A stretch of DNA of 64,000 nucleotides from an uncultured Fidelibacterota bacterium (GCA_902624575.1 CACNXV010000002.1:14-64013); one strand, 5' to 3'; positions 29,294 through 38,402 are shown, numbered from the stretch's first letter. The notes: generated by a model not told the origin, from the letters alone. A program made the numbers and translations.

Positions 29294-30881
29294 AAAAATA
29301 GATAATAATAGAAATTTTAAAAGTATTAGCGGAGATAGCTTAGAAGAATTTTATTCTTCTAAAAATAATGAAGAATCATACGATGTGAATCCTGGTACTT
29401 ATCCATATACTCGAGGTATACACAAAAATATGTATAGAGGAAAGTTATGGACAATGAGACAATTCTCAGGATTTAGTACACCTGAAAAAACCAATGAAAG
29501 ATACAAATATTTATTGAAAAATGGACAAACAGGACTATCAGTAGCGTATGATATGCCAACATTAATGGGTTATGATCCTGATCATGAGTTATCATTTGGA
29601 GAAGTTGGAGTTTGTGGTGTAAATGTTGCATCATTAGAAGATATGGAAACTCTGTTTAATGATATAGATTTGGAAAAAATTTCAGTATCTCAAACAATAA
29701 ATGGCCCAGCAATCATTTTATTTGCATTCTACGTTGCTTTAGCAAAAAAAAATGGTATTGATATAGCAAATCTGAGAGGTACACTTCAAAATGATGCATT
29801 GAAGGAATACATGGCACAAAAAGAATGGATATTCCCTCCAGAGCCATCAGTCAAACTTGTTGTAGATATAATTGAGTATTGTTCTGAAAATATGCCATTA
29901 TATAATCCAGTTTCTGTCAGTGGATATCACATTCGAGAAGCTGGATCAACTGCTGCTCAAGAATTAGCATTTACATTAAATAATGGTTTTGCATATGTTG
30001 ATGAAACTTTAAAGAGAGGGCTAGCAATTGACAGTTTTGCTCATAGATTATCTTTCTTTTTTAACGCTCATATGGACTTTTTTGAAGAAATTGCTAAATA
30101 CAGAGCTGCAAGAAGAATTTGGGCAAAAAGATTAAAAGAGAAGTACGGCGCTAAAGAAGAATCATCATTAAAATTGAAGTTTCATACGCAAACAGCTGGT
30201 TGTTCCTTGACAGCGCAGCAACCTGAAAATAATATTGTAAGAACGGCATTCGAAGCAATGTCAGCTGTTCTAGGAGGCACTAATTCTTTGCACACAAATT
30301 CTTTAGATGAAACATTGGCTCTTCCATCTGAAAAAGCTGCAAAAATAGCATTAAGAACTCAACAAATATTAGCATATGAAACAGGTGTACCAAATGTTGC
30401 AGATCCGCTTGGAGGGTCATGGTATGTTGAAGAATTGACAGATAAAATTGAAAAGCAAGCAATGAAAATTTTTGATGAAATCGAAGAAATGGGTGGTACA
30501 ATCAATGCTATTGAAGATGGTTATTTCCAGAAAAAAATTGGTGAATCTGCATCTATTTTTCAAGAATCTGTTGATTCAAAAGAGAGAGTTATTGTTGGTG
30601 TAAATGACTTTGTTGATGAAAATGAAGAGATAGATATTGAAATATTGAAAATATCAAAGGATGCTCAATTAACTCAAGAAGAAAAAATTAAAAAATTGAG
30701 AAATAGTAGAGATAAAGTTCAACTAAGTACAAAAATGAAAAAATTGAGCGATGCTTGTAAAAAAGATTTAAATTTAGTCCCATTTTTAATCGAAGTTGCA
30801 GAGGCAGGTGCCACTGTAGGAGAGATTGTTGAAGTAATGAAAGAAGTATATGGAGAATGGCAAGAAACTTTTGGGATTTAG
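29286..30881 (+). CDS. methylmalonyl-CoA mutase, catalytic (N-terminal) subunit with no B12-binding domain
   Basis: 531 aa. PGTYPYTRG....YRG.LWTMRQF.GF...E.N.RYKYLL..GQTGLS.A.D.PT motifs. The ORF ends before any DxHxxG cobalamin-binding domain. Confidence 0.9.
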   Translation: MSKKIDNNRNFKSISGDSLEEFYSSKNNEESYDVNPGTYPYTRGIHKNMYRGKLWTMRQFSGFSTPEKTNERYKYLLKNGQTGLSVAYDMPTLMGYDPDHELSFGEVGVCGVNVASLEDMETLFNDIDLEKISVSQTINGPAIILFAFYVALAKKNGIDIANLRGTLQNDALKEYMAQKEWIFPPEPSVKLVVDIIEYCSENMPLYNPVSVSGYHIREAGSTAAQELAFTLNNGFAYVDETLKRGLAIDSFAHRLSFFFNAHMDFFEEIAKYRAARRIWAKRLKEKYGAKEESSLKLKFHTQTAGCSLTAQQPENNIVRTAFEAMSAVLGGTNSLHTNSLDETLALPSEKAAKIALRTQQILAYETGVPNVADPLGGSWYVEELTDKIEKQAMKIFDEIEEMGGTINAIEDGYFQKKIGESASIFQESVDSKERVIVGVNDFVDENEEIDIEILKISKDAQLTQEEKIKKLRNSRDKVQLSTKMKKLSDACKKDLNLVPFLIEVAEAGATVGEIVEVMKEVYGEWQETFGI

Positions 30882-30884
30882 CAC

Positions 30885-31292
30885 ATGAATAAAGTAAGTA
30901 CATCTATTTTTTTGGTTTTTATTCTGATTGTTGGATGGATTGTATATTTAACCAATATCAAACAAGATGATTCATTAACCATGAGATATTACTCTGTACA
31001 AGAGCTGGTGAATAAGCAGTCTGACATTTCAAACATTAAGTTAGGAGGTAATATTAAACCTAATTCAATTGAGATATCCGAAGATGATCAGCTTGAAGCA
31101 TACTTTTATGTCTATCAAAATCAGGATAGTGTAAAAGTTTACTACTACGGTATTCGTCCAGACTTATTTACAGATGATGCTGAAGTTGTTGTTTCAGGGT
31201 CATTTTCAAATAATTTAATTACAGCCAAAGAGCTTCAGACAAAGTGCGCTTCAAGGTATGAAGGCGACCTAAAGAACGTTGAAAAAATATAA
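30885..31292 (+). CDS. ccmE: cytochrome c maturation heme chaperone CcmE, Cys variant (CxxxY in place of HxxxY)
   Basis: 135 aa. N-terminal TM anchor and an OB-fold pattern (V.Y.GI.PDLF....EVVV.G). The C-terminal AKELQTKCASRYEG aligns with the canonical AKE.LAKHDE.Y. The Cys codon is at 31245-31247. Confidence 0.85.
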   Translation: MNKVSTSIFLVFILIVGWIVYLTNIKQDDSLTMRYYSVQELVNKQSDISNIKLGGNIKPNSIEISEDDQLEAYFYVYQNQDSVKVYYYGIRPDLFTDDAEVVVSGSFSNNLITAKELQTKCASRYEGDLKNVEKI

Positions 31293-33262
31293 TGATTTCT
31301 CAAATAGGTAGTATAGCAATAAGTCTAGCTGGTGGTTTAATATTTTCATCATTTATCTTCTTATGTTTCTATAAAATTAGAAATGATAAAAATTATTTAG
31401 ATATCAGTGAAAGATCTATTATTGCTACTTGCTTTTGTATTTTTTTAGCATTTTTTTGCTTACTTAATGAATTGCTTATAAGCAATTTTAATCTTCAATA
31501 TGTTGCACAATATACAAGCTATGAAACACCCACTTTTTATAAAGTTACTGCTTTGTGGGCAGGACAGGCTGGTTCATTACTTTTTTGGTCATTTATAACA
31601 TCACTATTTACAATTATTTACATTTTTAAAACTTTAAAAGTAATGGAGAATCTAAAATTCAATTCATATTTTATACTTACATTTATTTTTTCATTTTTCA
31701 TTATTTTATCAAGTTTTATTGCTAACCCTTTTGAGCCAGTTTCTTCAGATATAGTTGTACAAAACGGAAATGGGTTAAACCCTTTATTGCAAAACTTCTT
31801 TATGGCTATCCATCCGCCTATACTGTATGTAGGATTTACAGGGTCAACTATAATTTTTGTAATGGCTATGGCAGCATCAATATCAAAAAATGTTTCATTT
31901 GACTGGGTTAGATCAATAAGAAGATGGTCACTTATAGTGTGGACCTTTTTATCAGCAGGAATTATCCTTGGAGGATATTGGGCTTATAATGAACTTGGAT
32001 GGGGAGGATATTGGGCATGGGATCCAGTAGAAAATTCATCACTTATGCCATGGCTTACTTTAACTGCATTTATACATTCATCAATGATTCAAGAAAAAAG
32101 AGGTATGCTTAAAAAGTGGAATATATTATTAGCTACTTCAACCTACTTGCTTGTCGTTTTAGGAACGTTTATCACAAGAAGTGGAGTTATTAGCTCTGTG
32201 CACTCATTTACCGCAGAAAATCTTGGGCCTTTATTCTTTAGCTTTTTATCGATTTTAATTTTATATACTCTTTTTTGGTTTCTGCGTAGAAAAAGTTATT
32301 TAGAAACTGATGATAAGATTGATTCTTTTACATCCAGAGAGGGTGGATTTTTGTATAATAATTTAATTCTCATTCTCATGTGCTTTACAATAATGTGGGG
32401 AACATTATTCCCGATTTTATCTGAAGCTTGGGATGGAGAAAAAATTTATGTAGGGCAATCATATTTTAATCAATTAAATGTACCAATAGGATTAGTTCTT
32501 TTATTTTTGATGGGAATTGGTCCATTGCTTTCTTGGAAGTCAACTTCATATAAAGTTCTAAGAAAAAATTTTATATTACCGATGTCAATCAGTTTTGTTG
32601 CTGGATTAGTATACTTTATTTTTTCTGTTGATTATAATATTTATGTTCTTGTTGCTATAATGGGTGTTGCTTTTACTTTGTCTTCTATACTTGGTGAATA
32701 TTATAAGTCTCTTAAAAAATTTAGAAAAAGAAATAGTAATATTTTCATTTCAACATATAAAATGTTTATGAGTAACCGACACCAAAATGGTGGTTACTTA
32801 GTACACATTGGAATAGTCCTATTGTTTGTTGGTTTCATTGGAAGAGCATTTGAATCTGAAAAAGAATTTAGTCTTTCTCCAGGTGAACAGATATATTTTA
32901 ATAATTATATTTTTAAGCTAAATAGCATTAAGAGTGAGGCAAGAGATAATCATTACGCATTTATGAGTGATATCGATGTAATTGATGACAAAAATGAATT
33001 ATTAACAAATCTTAAACCAGAAAAAAGAATATATTTTTATTGGAATTCTGATCCAGAAAAAAGGCAGCCTCATAGTGAATTAGATATTCATAGCACTATT
33101 CAAAAAGATGTATATTCAATTTTTTCTGCATATGATGCTGAAAAGAATCTTGGTTATTTTAAAATAATGATTAATCCACTTGTTAATTGGGTTTGGATTG
33201 GTGGTATCCTAATGGTAATTGGATCATTATTTGCATTTTGGCCAAATAGATTAAGAAGATAA
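31292..33262 (+). CDS. ccmF: cytochrome c-type biogenesis protein CcmF (heme lyase/handling)
   Basis: 656 aa, polytopic. WWD motif GWGGYWAWDPVEN and conserved His residues. TAATG coupling to ccmE. Confidence 0.92.
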   Translation: MISQIGSIAISLAGGLIFSSFIFLCFYKIRNDKNYLDISERSIIATCFCIFLAFFCLLNELLISNFNLQYVAQYTSYETPTFYKVTALWAGQAGSLLFWSFITSLFTIIYIFKTLKVMENLKFNSYFILTFIFSFFIILSSFIANPFEPVSSDIVVQNGNGLNPLLQNFFMAIHPPILYVGFTGSTIIFVMAMAASISKNVSFDWVRSIRRWSLIVWTFLSAGIILGGYWAYNELGWGGYWAWDPVENSSLMPWLTLTAFIHSSMIQEKRGMLKKWNILLATSTYLLVVLGTFITRSGVISSVHSFTAENLGPLFFSFLSILILYTLFWFLRRKSYLETDDKIDSFTSREGGFLYNNLILILMCFTIMWGTLFPILSEAWDGEKIYVGQSYFNQLNVPIGLVLLFLMGIGPLLSWKSTSYKVLRKNFILPMSISFVAGLVYFIFSVDYNIYVLVAIMGVAFTLSSILGEYYKSLKKFRKRNSNIFISTYKMFMSNRHQNGGYLVHIGIVLLFVGFIGRAFESEKEFSLSPGEQIYFNNYIFKLNSIKSEARDNHYAFMSDIDVIDDKNELLTNLKPEKRIYFYWNSDPEKRQPHSELDIHSTIQKDVYSIFSAYDAEKNLGYFKIMINPLVNWVWIGGILMVIGSLFAFWPNRLRR

Positions 33263-33351
33263 TGGAGTGGTTCAATCAGATTTTTATTTTTTTCTTTTTA
33301 TTCATCGTAATTGCCTATGTTTTTTGGCCATTAATAAATAAAATTAAATAA
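33262..33351 (+). CDS. 29-aa single-helix micro-protein between ccmF and ccmA (possibly CcmD-like)
   Basis: Not in the ORF track. Hand translation: MEWFNQIFIFFFLFIVIAYVFWPLINKIK. Its ATG overlaps the ccmF stop (TAATG at 33260-33264) and its stop overlaps the ccmA ATG (TAATG at 33349-33353). Confidence 0.4.
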   Translation: MEWFNQIFIFFFLFIVIAYVFWPLINKIK

Positions 33352-33956
33352 TGCTTTTTGTAGAAAAACTCTCAAAAAAATATTCCAATAAAACAATTTT
33401 AAATGAAATAGATTTCCGTTTAGAGGATGGTGAAATTTCTTCTATCTACGGGCCCAACGGTTCTGGTAAAACTACTTTTCTAAAATGTTTAGCTAATCTT
33501 ATAAACTATGATAATGGTAATGTAAAATCAGAAAAAAAATTCATTTTTTTAAGTGATAAGCCAAATATTTTCGGAGAATTAACTATTGAAGAAAATTTAA
33601 AAATAATTTTACGTCAATATAGCCAACCTTTTAATCAAGAACGCTTTAATAATTCGCTTGAACAATTGAAAATAGAAAATCTAGCACATTTACAATTAAA
33701 ATTTTTTTCAAGAGGAAATATGCAAAGAAATAAATTGTTAATTGCTATGAATGTTGATTGGAATTTTTTACTAATGGATGAACCTTTTAGTAATTTAGAT
33801 AAAGAAGGTATAAAGATTTTTCAAAATATATTTGAAAATTGGAAGAAAGATGGTAGATCAATTATTTTTTCGTCTCATTTAATTGCTGAAAGTAAAAAAA
33901 TTTCTGATAGAAATTACGTAATTAAAAATAAGAAATTGGTTGAAGATGCTGTTTAA
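33351..33956 (+). CDS. ccmA: heme exporter ABC ATPase
   Basis: 201 aa. Walker A GPNGSGKTT, degenerate signature FSRGNMQR, Walker B LLMDEP. Sits in the ccm operon. Confidence 0.8.
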   Translation: MLFVEKLSKKYSNKTILNEIDFRLEDGEISSIYGPNGSGKTTFLKCLANLINYDNGNVKSEKKFIFLSDKPNIFGELTIEENLKIILRQYSQPFNQERFNNSLEQLKIENLAHLQLKFFSRGNMQRNKLLIAMNVDWNFLLMDEPFSNLDKEGIKIFQNIFENWKKDGRSIIFSSHLIAESKKISDRNYVIKNKKLVEDAV

Positions 33957-34608
33957 TATGATTTATAATGAGTTTTTTCTTGAGAAAAAGTCTACAAACA
34001 ACCTATTCTTTATGTTTTTCTTCTCCATAGCTTGTTTTTTACTTCTTTTATTTTCTTTTCCTCCATCAAAAATATTAGATATCACTATTTTTGCAGGATT
34101 TTTTTGGATAGTTATATCTTTTTGTGCTGTAAAACTTATCGAGAATTCATTTGCTAGGGAAAAAGAGTATGGTATTTATGATTTACTTTATTCTTCATCC
34201 GGAGATATATGGTTATTATTCTTATCAAAAATAATATCATTCAACTTAATTATGCTTGCTCTCCAGATTATTATTACTTCAGCTTACTTGGGTTTTTCTG
34301 ATATTATTTTCAACCAAAAAATTTTATTCTCCTTACCACTTTTTATTATTTCTAATTTTGGTCTAATTGGTGTTGGAATTTTAATTTTTTTAATTACAAA
34401 TGTTTCAAATATAAAAGGATTTCTTTTTCCACTAATATTTTTTCCATTAATAGTACCAATTTTAGTGAACGCTTCAAGTATTTTTTTGGGAATAATTTTA
34501 GGAAATGAACTAATTTTATATACTGATTCATGGATGATTTTATTAACTTTCGCCTTAATGTCATTGTTACTAGGAATAAATCTTTTTGGGAGACTAATTA
34601 AACAATAA
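33940..34608 (+). CDS. ccmB: heme exporter permease CcmB
   Basis: 222 aa with six predicted TM helices, between ccmA and ccmC. Start is ambiguous (TTG 33940, ATG 33946 or ATG 33958). Confidence 0.75.
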   Translation: MKMLFNMIYNEFFLEKKSTNNLFFMFFFSIACFLLLLFSFPPSKILDITIFAGFFWIVISFCAVKLIENSFAREKEYGIYDLLYSSSGDIWLLFLSKIISFNLIMLALQIIITSAYLGFSDIIFNQKILFSLPLFIISNFGLIGVGILIFLITNVSNIKGFLFPLIFFPLIVPILVNASSIFLGIILGNELILYTDSWMILLTFALMSLLLGINLFGRLIKQ

Positions 34609-35255
34609 TGAACTTATCACTTTTTTTAGTTTGTATTCTTTTGATGTCAGTAAATCTTACATGGATGATATTTTTTACTCCAATGGTTCCACTTCAAGAG
34701 TGGGCACAAAAAATATTCTATCTACATGTACCGATTGCATGGTCCGGTTTTCTTGCTTACTTCATTGTAATGGTAAGTGGTATAATGTATTTAATTAAAA
34801 AAGATCTTAAATATGATAGAATAGGATTAGCAGCTGCTGAAATTGGAACTATTTTTACCATGCTTGTTCTTATAACAGGGCCAATTTGGGCTACGCCAAT
34901 TTGGGGACAACCTTGGGTTTGGGAGCCTAGACTTATCACAACCTTAGTTTTATTTTTGATTTATGTTGGATATTTCATATTAAGAAATGTTGGTCTTTAT
35001 AGACAAAGAGTTGCTTTGCTATGTGCGATTATTGGAATTATCGCATTCCTTGATATTCCAATAATTTTTGCATCAGTAAATTTTTGGGCTGCAGAAATAC
35101 AGTCTCATCCCCAGCTTGGAATGGATAAGCAACCATCCGGTATTTTAAATCCATTTTTATTTTCATTGCTTTCATTTACAATTTTAATGTTTTTAATGCT
35201 TTCATTGAAGACTGCAGTATTAAAAAAACAAGATATTGAAGATAGATATGTATAA
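34608..35255 (+). CDS. ccmC: heme exporter/heme-handling protein CcmC
   Basis: 215 aa. WWD-type motif WGQPWVWEPRL and the flanking His (YLHVP). Confidence 0.9.
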   Translation: MNLSLFLVCILLMSVNLTWMIFFTPMVPLQEWAQKIFYLHVPIAWSGFLAYFIVMVSGIMYLIKKDLKYDRIGLAAAEIGTIFTMLVLITGPIWATPIWGQPWVWEPRLITTLVLFLIYVGYFILRNVGLYRQRVALLCAIIGIIAFLDIPIIFASVNFWAAEIQSHPQLGMDKQPSGILNPFLFSLLSFTILMFLMLSLKTAVLKKQDIEDRYV

Positions 35256-35346
35256 TTATTTATCATTTTTTTTGTCAGCACTTTTTGTTGTAATTATAAC
35301 TATCTTATTGTGGTTTTTTATTAATATAAAAAAATATAAGAATTAG
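35248..35346 (+). CDS. 32-aa single-helix peptide in the CcmD position
   Basis: Not in the ORF track. Hand translation: MYNYLSFFLSALFVVIITILLWFFINIKKYKN. Overlaps the ccmC end by 8 nt (ATGTATAA). Its position and topology (helix plus basic tail) fit CcmD. Confidence 0.45.
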   Translation: MYNYLSFFLSALFVVIITILLWFFINIKKYKN

Positions 35347-35363
35347 TTTGGGGGAAATTAATT

Positions 35364-36428
35364 ATGGATAGAAAAGTAGTACATATTGTTGGAACCGGAA
35401 CAATTGGTGAACCGCTAATTGGTATTTTGTGTGAGCAAAAAAGCAATTTAGGAATCGATGAAATTACATTTCATAAGCACTCTCCTTTAACCAAAGATGC
35501 CCCAAAAATTAAAAATTTAATATCAAAGGGTGCTAGACTATCAGTTCTTGAAGACAGAGTTGAAAGCTTTAAAGAAATTGGTTTAGATCCTGAATTTACT
35601 ATGGACGAGGCTATTTCTAGAAGTTCAGTTGTTATAGATTGCACTCCAAGCGGACATGGGCATAAAAATAAGGCAGATTTTTATAACAAATATACAGATA
35701 AAGTTAAAGGTTTTCTTGCTCAAGGTAGTGAAAATGGTTTTGGAAAAAAATATGCAAGAGGAATAAATGATCATGTAATTAATTCGGAAGATCAGTTCTT
35801 ACAAGTTGTTTCATGTAACACTCATAACATTGCTTGTTTAGTAAATACAATTGCTCTTAGTATTTCTCCCGATAATCTTGTAGATGGAAAGTTCGTTTGC
35901 ATAAGAAGGAGTAATGATATTAGTCAGACAGGTAGTTTTGTACCTGCACCAACCGTTAATGACCATGGACATCCTCTTTATGGAACTCATCATGCTGAAG
36001 ATGCAGCTGGCCTATTTAAAACGATGAACTTGGATCTTGATTTATTTTCATCAGCAATGAAAGTTAATTCTCAATACATGCATACAGTTTGGTTTAATCT
36101 TAAAGTGAAAGAACCTACATCTAAGAGTAAAGTTATAGATTTACTTACCAGTAATGATAGAATAGCTTTGACTGAGCATCATGCTACCAATGAAGTTTTT
36201 TCTTTTGGTAGAGACCAAGGTCTATATGGAAGAATTCTTAATCAAACCGTCATTGTTGAAGAATCAATAAATGTTAGAAATGATCATGAAATTTCAGGAT
36301 TTTGTTTTACTCCTCAAGATGGTAATTCGATACTTTCAAGTATTGCTGCAACTGTAAGATATTTAAATCCACATTCATATCAAGACAAGATTAATACCTT
36401 AGGCCCATTCTTTTTTGATAGGGTATAA
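35364..36428 (+). CDS. type II (archaeal-type) glyceraldehyde-3-phosphate dehydrogenase homologue
   Basis: 354 aa. Aligned by eye to archaeal GAPDH as I remember it: GTGTIG, VVIDCTP.G.G.KN...Y, FLAQG.E, VVSCNTH (catalytic Cys), V.IRR..D..Q, THHAED, MHT....L.V. GGGGG lies upstream. Confidence 0.65.
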   Translation: MDRKVVHIVGTGTIGEPLIGILCEQKSNLGIDEITFHKHSPLTKDAPKIKNLISKGARLSVLEDRVESFKEIGLDPEFTMDEAISRSSVVIDCTPSGHGHKNKADFYNKYTDKVKGFLAQGSENGFGKKYARGINDHVINSEDQFLQVVSCNTHNIACLVNTIALSISPDNLVDGKFVCIRRSNDISQTGSFVPAPTVNDHGHPLYGTHHAEDAAGLFKTMNLDLDLFSSAMKVNSQYMHTVWFNLKVKEPTSKSKVIDLLTSNDRIALTEHHATNEVFSFGRDQGLYGRILNQTVIVEESINVRNDHEISGFCFTPQDGNSILSSIAATVRYLNPHSYQDKINTLGPFFFDRV

Positions 36429-37060
36429 TGTTAAGGTATAAGCGTATTGTTTCCGATCTCCTGGAAGAAAATATCTATATCTTATCAGATGAAAATAAAG
36501 ATTCTATAATAATTGATCCCGGTCTTGGATTTCACCACATTAATGACTATATAGAAGAGAATGACCTAAAACCAATTGCCATATTGGCAACTCATGCTCA
36601 TATCGACCACATAGCCTCAGCTGAAGAATGTCAAAGAAAGTATTCTATACCGATTTATATGTGTAAAGAAGACTCTTTATTGATTGAAAACTATGAAAAG
36701 CTAGCAGGATTTTGGAAAGTTGAAGCAAGAAAGCCAAAAATCACAAATTGGATTGATAAAAATGAGACTGAAATTAAAATTAATAATTTTGAGTTTAGGT
36801 GTTTTTTTAATCCCGGTCATTCACCAGGTTGTATGAGTTTTGAAATTGATAATACCATTTTTTGTGGTGATTTAATATTTAAAGGTTCAATTGGTAGAAC
36901 AGATCTACCAGCATCCAGTCCATTAGATATGGAAAAATCATTAGAAAGTTTCGTAAATTCTTTTGATATTGATTCAATACTTTGCACGGGACATGGCGAT
37001 GAAACATCGCTTGGGCAAGAATTGAAAACAAATCCATTTTTGATGAAGTATGCAAGATAG
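36428..37060 (+). CDS. MBL-fold metallo-hydrolase (glyoxalase II-like)
   Basis: 210 aa. THAHIDH, PGHSPG, GD..F..S.GR.D and GHG motifs. Confidence 0.8.
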   Translation: MLRYKRIVSDLLEENIYILSDENKDSIIIDPGLGFHHINDYIEENDLKPIAILATHAHIDHIASAEECQRKYSIPIYMCKEDSLLIENYEKLAGFWKVEARKPKITNWIDKNETEIKINNFEFRCFFNPGHSPGCMSFEIDNTIFCGDLIFKGSIGRTDLPASSPLDMEKSLESFVNSFDIDSILCTGHGDETSLGQELKTNPFLMKYAR

Positions 37061-38369
37061 TTTTAATAACAAAATTAGTAAAAATATCCCTGAAGATTCG
37101 CACATCCTATTAGCTGTCTCAGGGGGTATTGATTCTGTTGTATTAATGCATTTATGTAGTAAAATCAGCACAAATTATAAAATATCTATTGCACATGTAA
37201 ATCATAATTTTCACAAGGATTCAGAAAAAATGGAAAACTTTGTGCAGAAACTGTCAATAAAGTATAATTGGGATTTTTATTCTAAAAGAATTAATGATAA
37301 AATAAACTCAAATATTGAAAGCAGGCTTAGAAATGAACGTTATAAATTATTATTAAAAATCAAAAATGAAATTAACGCTGATTATGTTTTTACAGCACAT
37401 CATTCTTTAGATCAAGCAGAAACAATTTTAATGAAAATTTTGAATTCGTCTAGCTTTGATGGTCTAAAAGGTATTAGGGAAAAGAAGAAGCACATTTTTA
37501 GACCTATGTTAGAATTTTCAAAGTCTGATATTATTTCTTTAGCAAAAAAACATAATCTCAAATATTTGGATGATCCAACAAACAATGATGAAAAATTTTT
37601 AAGAAATTTTTTGAGAAAAAGTATATTTCCAAAATTGAAAACTATTAAATCTAATATAGAAAAGCCGTTCTTAAGTTTTAGTGAAAGGGTAAGTGAGGTT
37701 AATAGTCTGATAGATTATAATACAGATAACTTTTTTGAATCGGATTTATATGACTTAAAAGATAATATTCATTTTTTAGATAGATATAAATTTAAAGATT
37801 ACCCACTACTGCTAAAATTGAATATTATTAAAAGGATATGTTTTTCAAAAAATGAATCCTTTAACAAAAATTTGGTATCAGAGCTAAAAGAATTTTTTCA
37901 TAAAGAAAAAACTGGAAGTACGAAATCTATAGGTGATTTTTTAATAACATTTGATAGAAAAGACATCACGGTTACGAAAAGAGAGTTTTTAGATTTTTCA
38001 GAAGATGTTACAGTAGATGAAGAAAAATTTTTTAAAGAGTTTACTTTTAAATGGACATTGGAAAAAATGCCCAAAAAATTTTCAAATAGTAGCAATACAG
38101 AATATATAGACGCAACTAACGTTGGAAGAGATTTAACAATAAGGAGCGTTAAATCTGATGATTATTTTTATCCATTGGGTATGAATGGAAAAAAGAAAGT
38201 TTTAAAATATTTAGTCGATAATAAGATCTCATTTTTAGATAAAAAAAATACTTTTGTTGTCTGTAATGGTGAAGACATTGTATGGGTTGCAGGTCATCAA
38301 ATAAGTAATAACTATAAATTATCAAAAAATTCAAAAAAAATTGCAAAACTTAATTTTTATAGGAATTAG
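37050..38369 (+). CDS. tilS: tRNA(Ile)-lysidine synthetase
   Basis: 439 aa. PP-loop LLAVSGGIDS..L, TAHH..DQ.ET, and C-terminal RP.GM.G.KK...... Conserved tilS-ftsH order. Confidence 0.85.
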   Translation: MQDSFNNKISKNIPEDSHILLAVSGGIDSVVLMHLCSKISTNYKISIAHVNHNFHKDSEKMENFVQKLSIKYNWDFYSKRINDKINSNIESRLRNERYKLLLKIKNEINADYVFTAHHSLDQAETILMKILNSSSFDGLKGIREKKKHIFRPMLEFSKSDIISLAKKHNLKYLDDPTNNDEKFLRNFLRKSIFPKLKTIKSNIEKPFLSFSERVSEVNSLIDYNTDNFFESDLYDLKDNIHFLDRYKFKDYPLLLKLNIIKRICFSKNESFNKNLVSELKEFFHKEKTGSTKSIGDFLITFDRKDITVTKREFLDFSEDVTVDEEKFFKEFTFKWTLEKMPKKFSNSSNTEYIDATNVGRDLTIRSVKSDDYFYPLGMNGKKKVLKYLVDNKISFLDKKNTFVVCNGEDIVWVAGHQISNNYKLSKNSKKIAKLNFYRN

Positions 38370-38402
38370 TTTTTTTATTAATTTTTCTTAAATTCACCTC
38401 CA

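Noticed and set aside
38392-38400. CACCTCC immediately upstream of the ftsH ATG. On the - strand this reads GGAGGTG, a strong SD.
   Set aside because: No ATG, GTG or TTG-initiated ORF of meaningful length follows it on the - strand, so it is probably coincidental.
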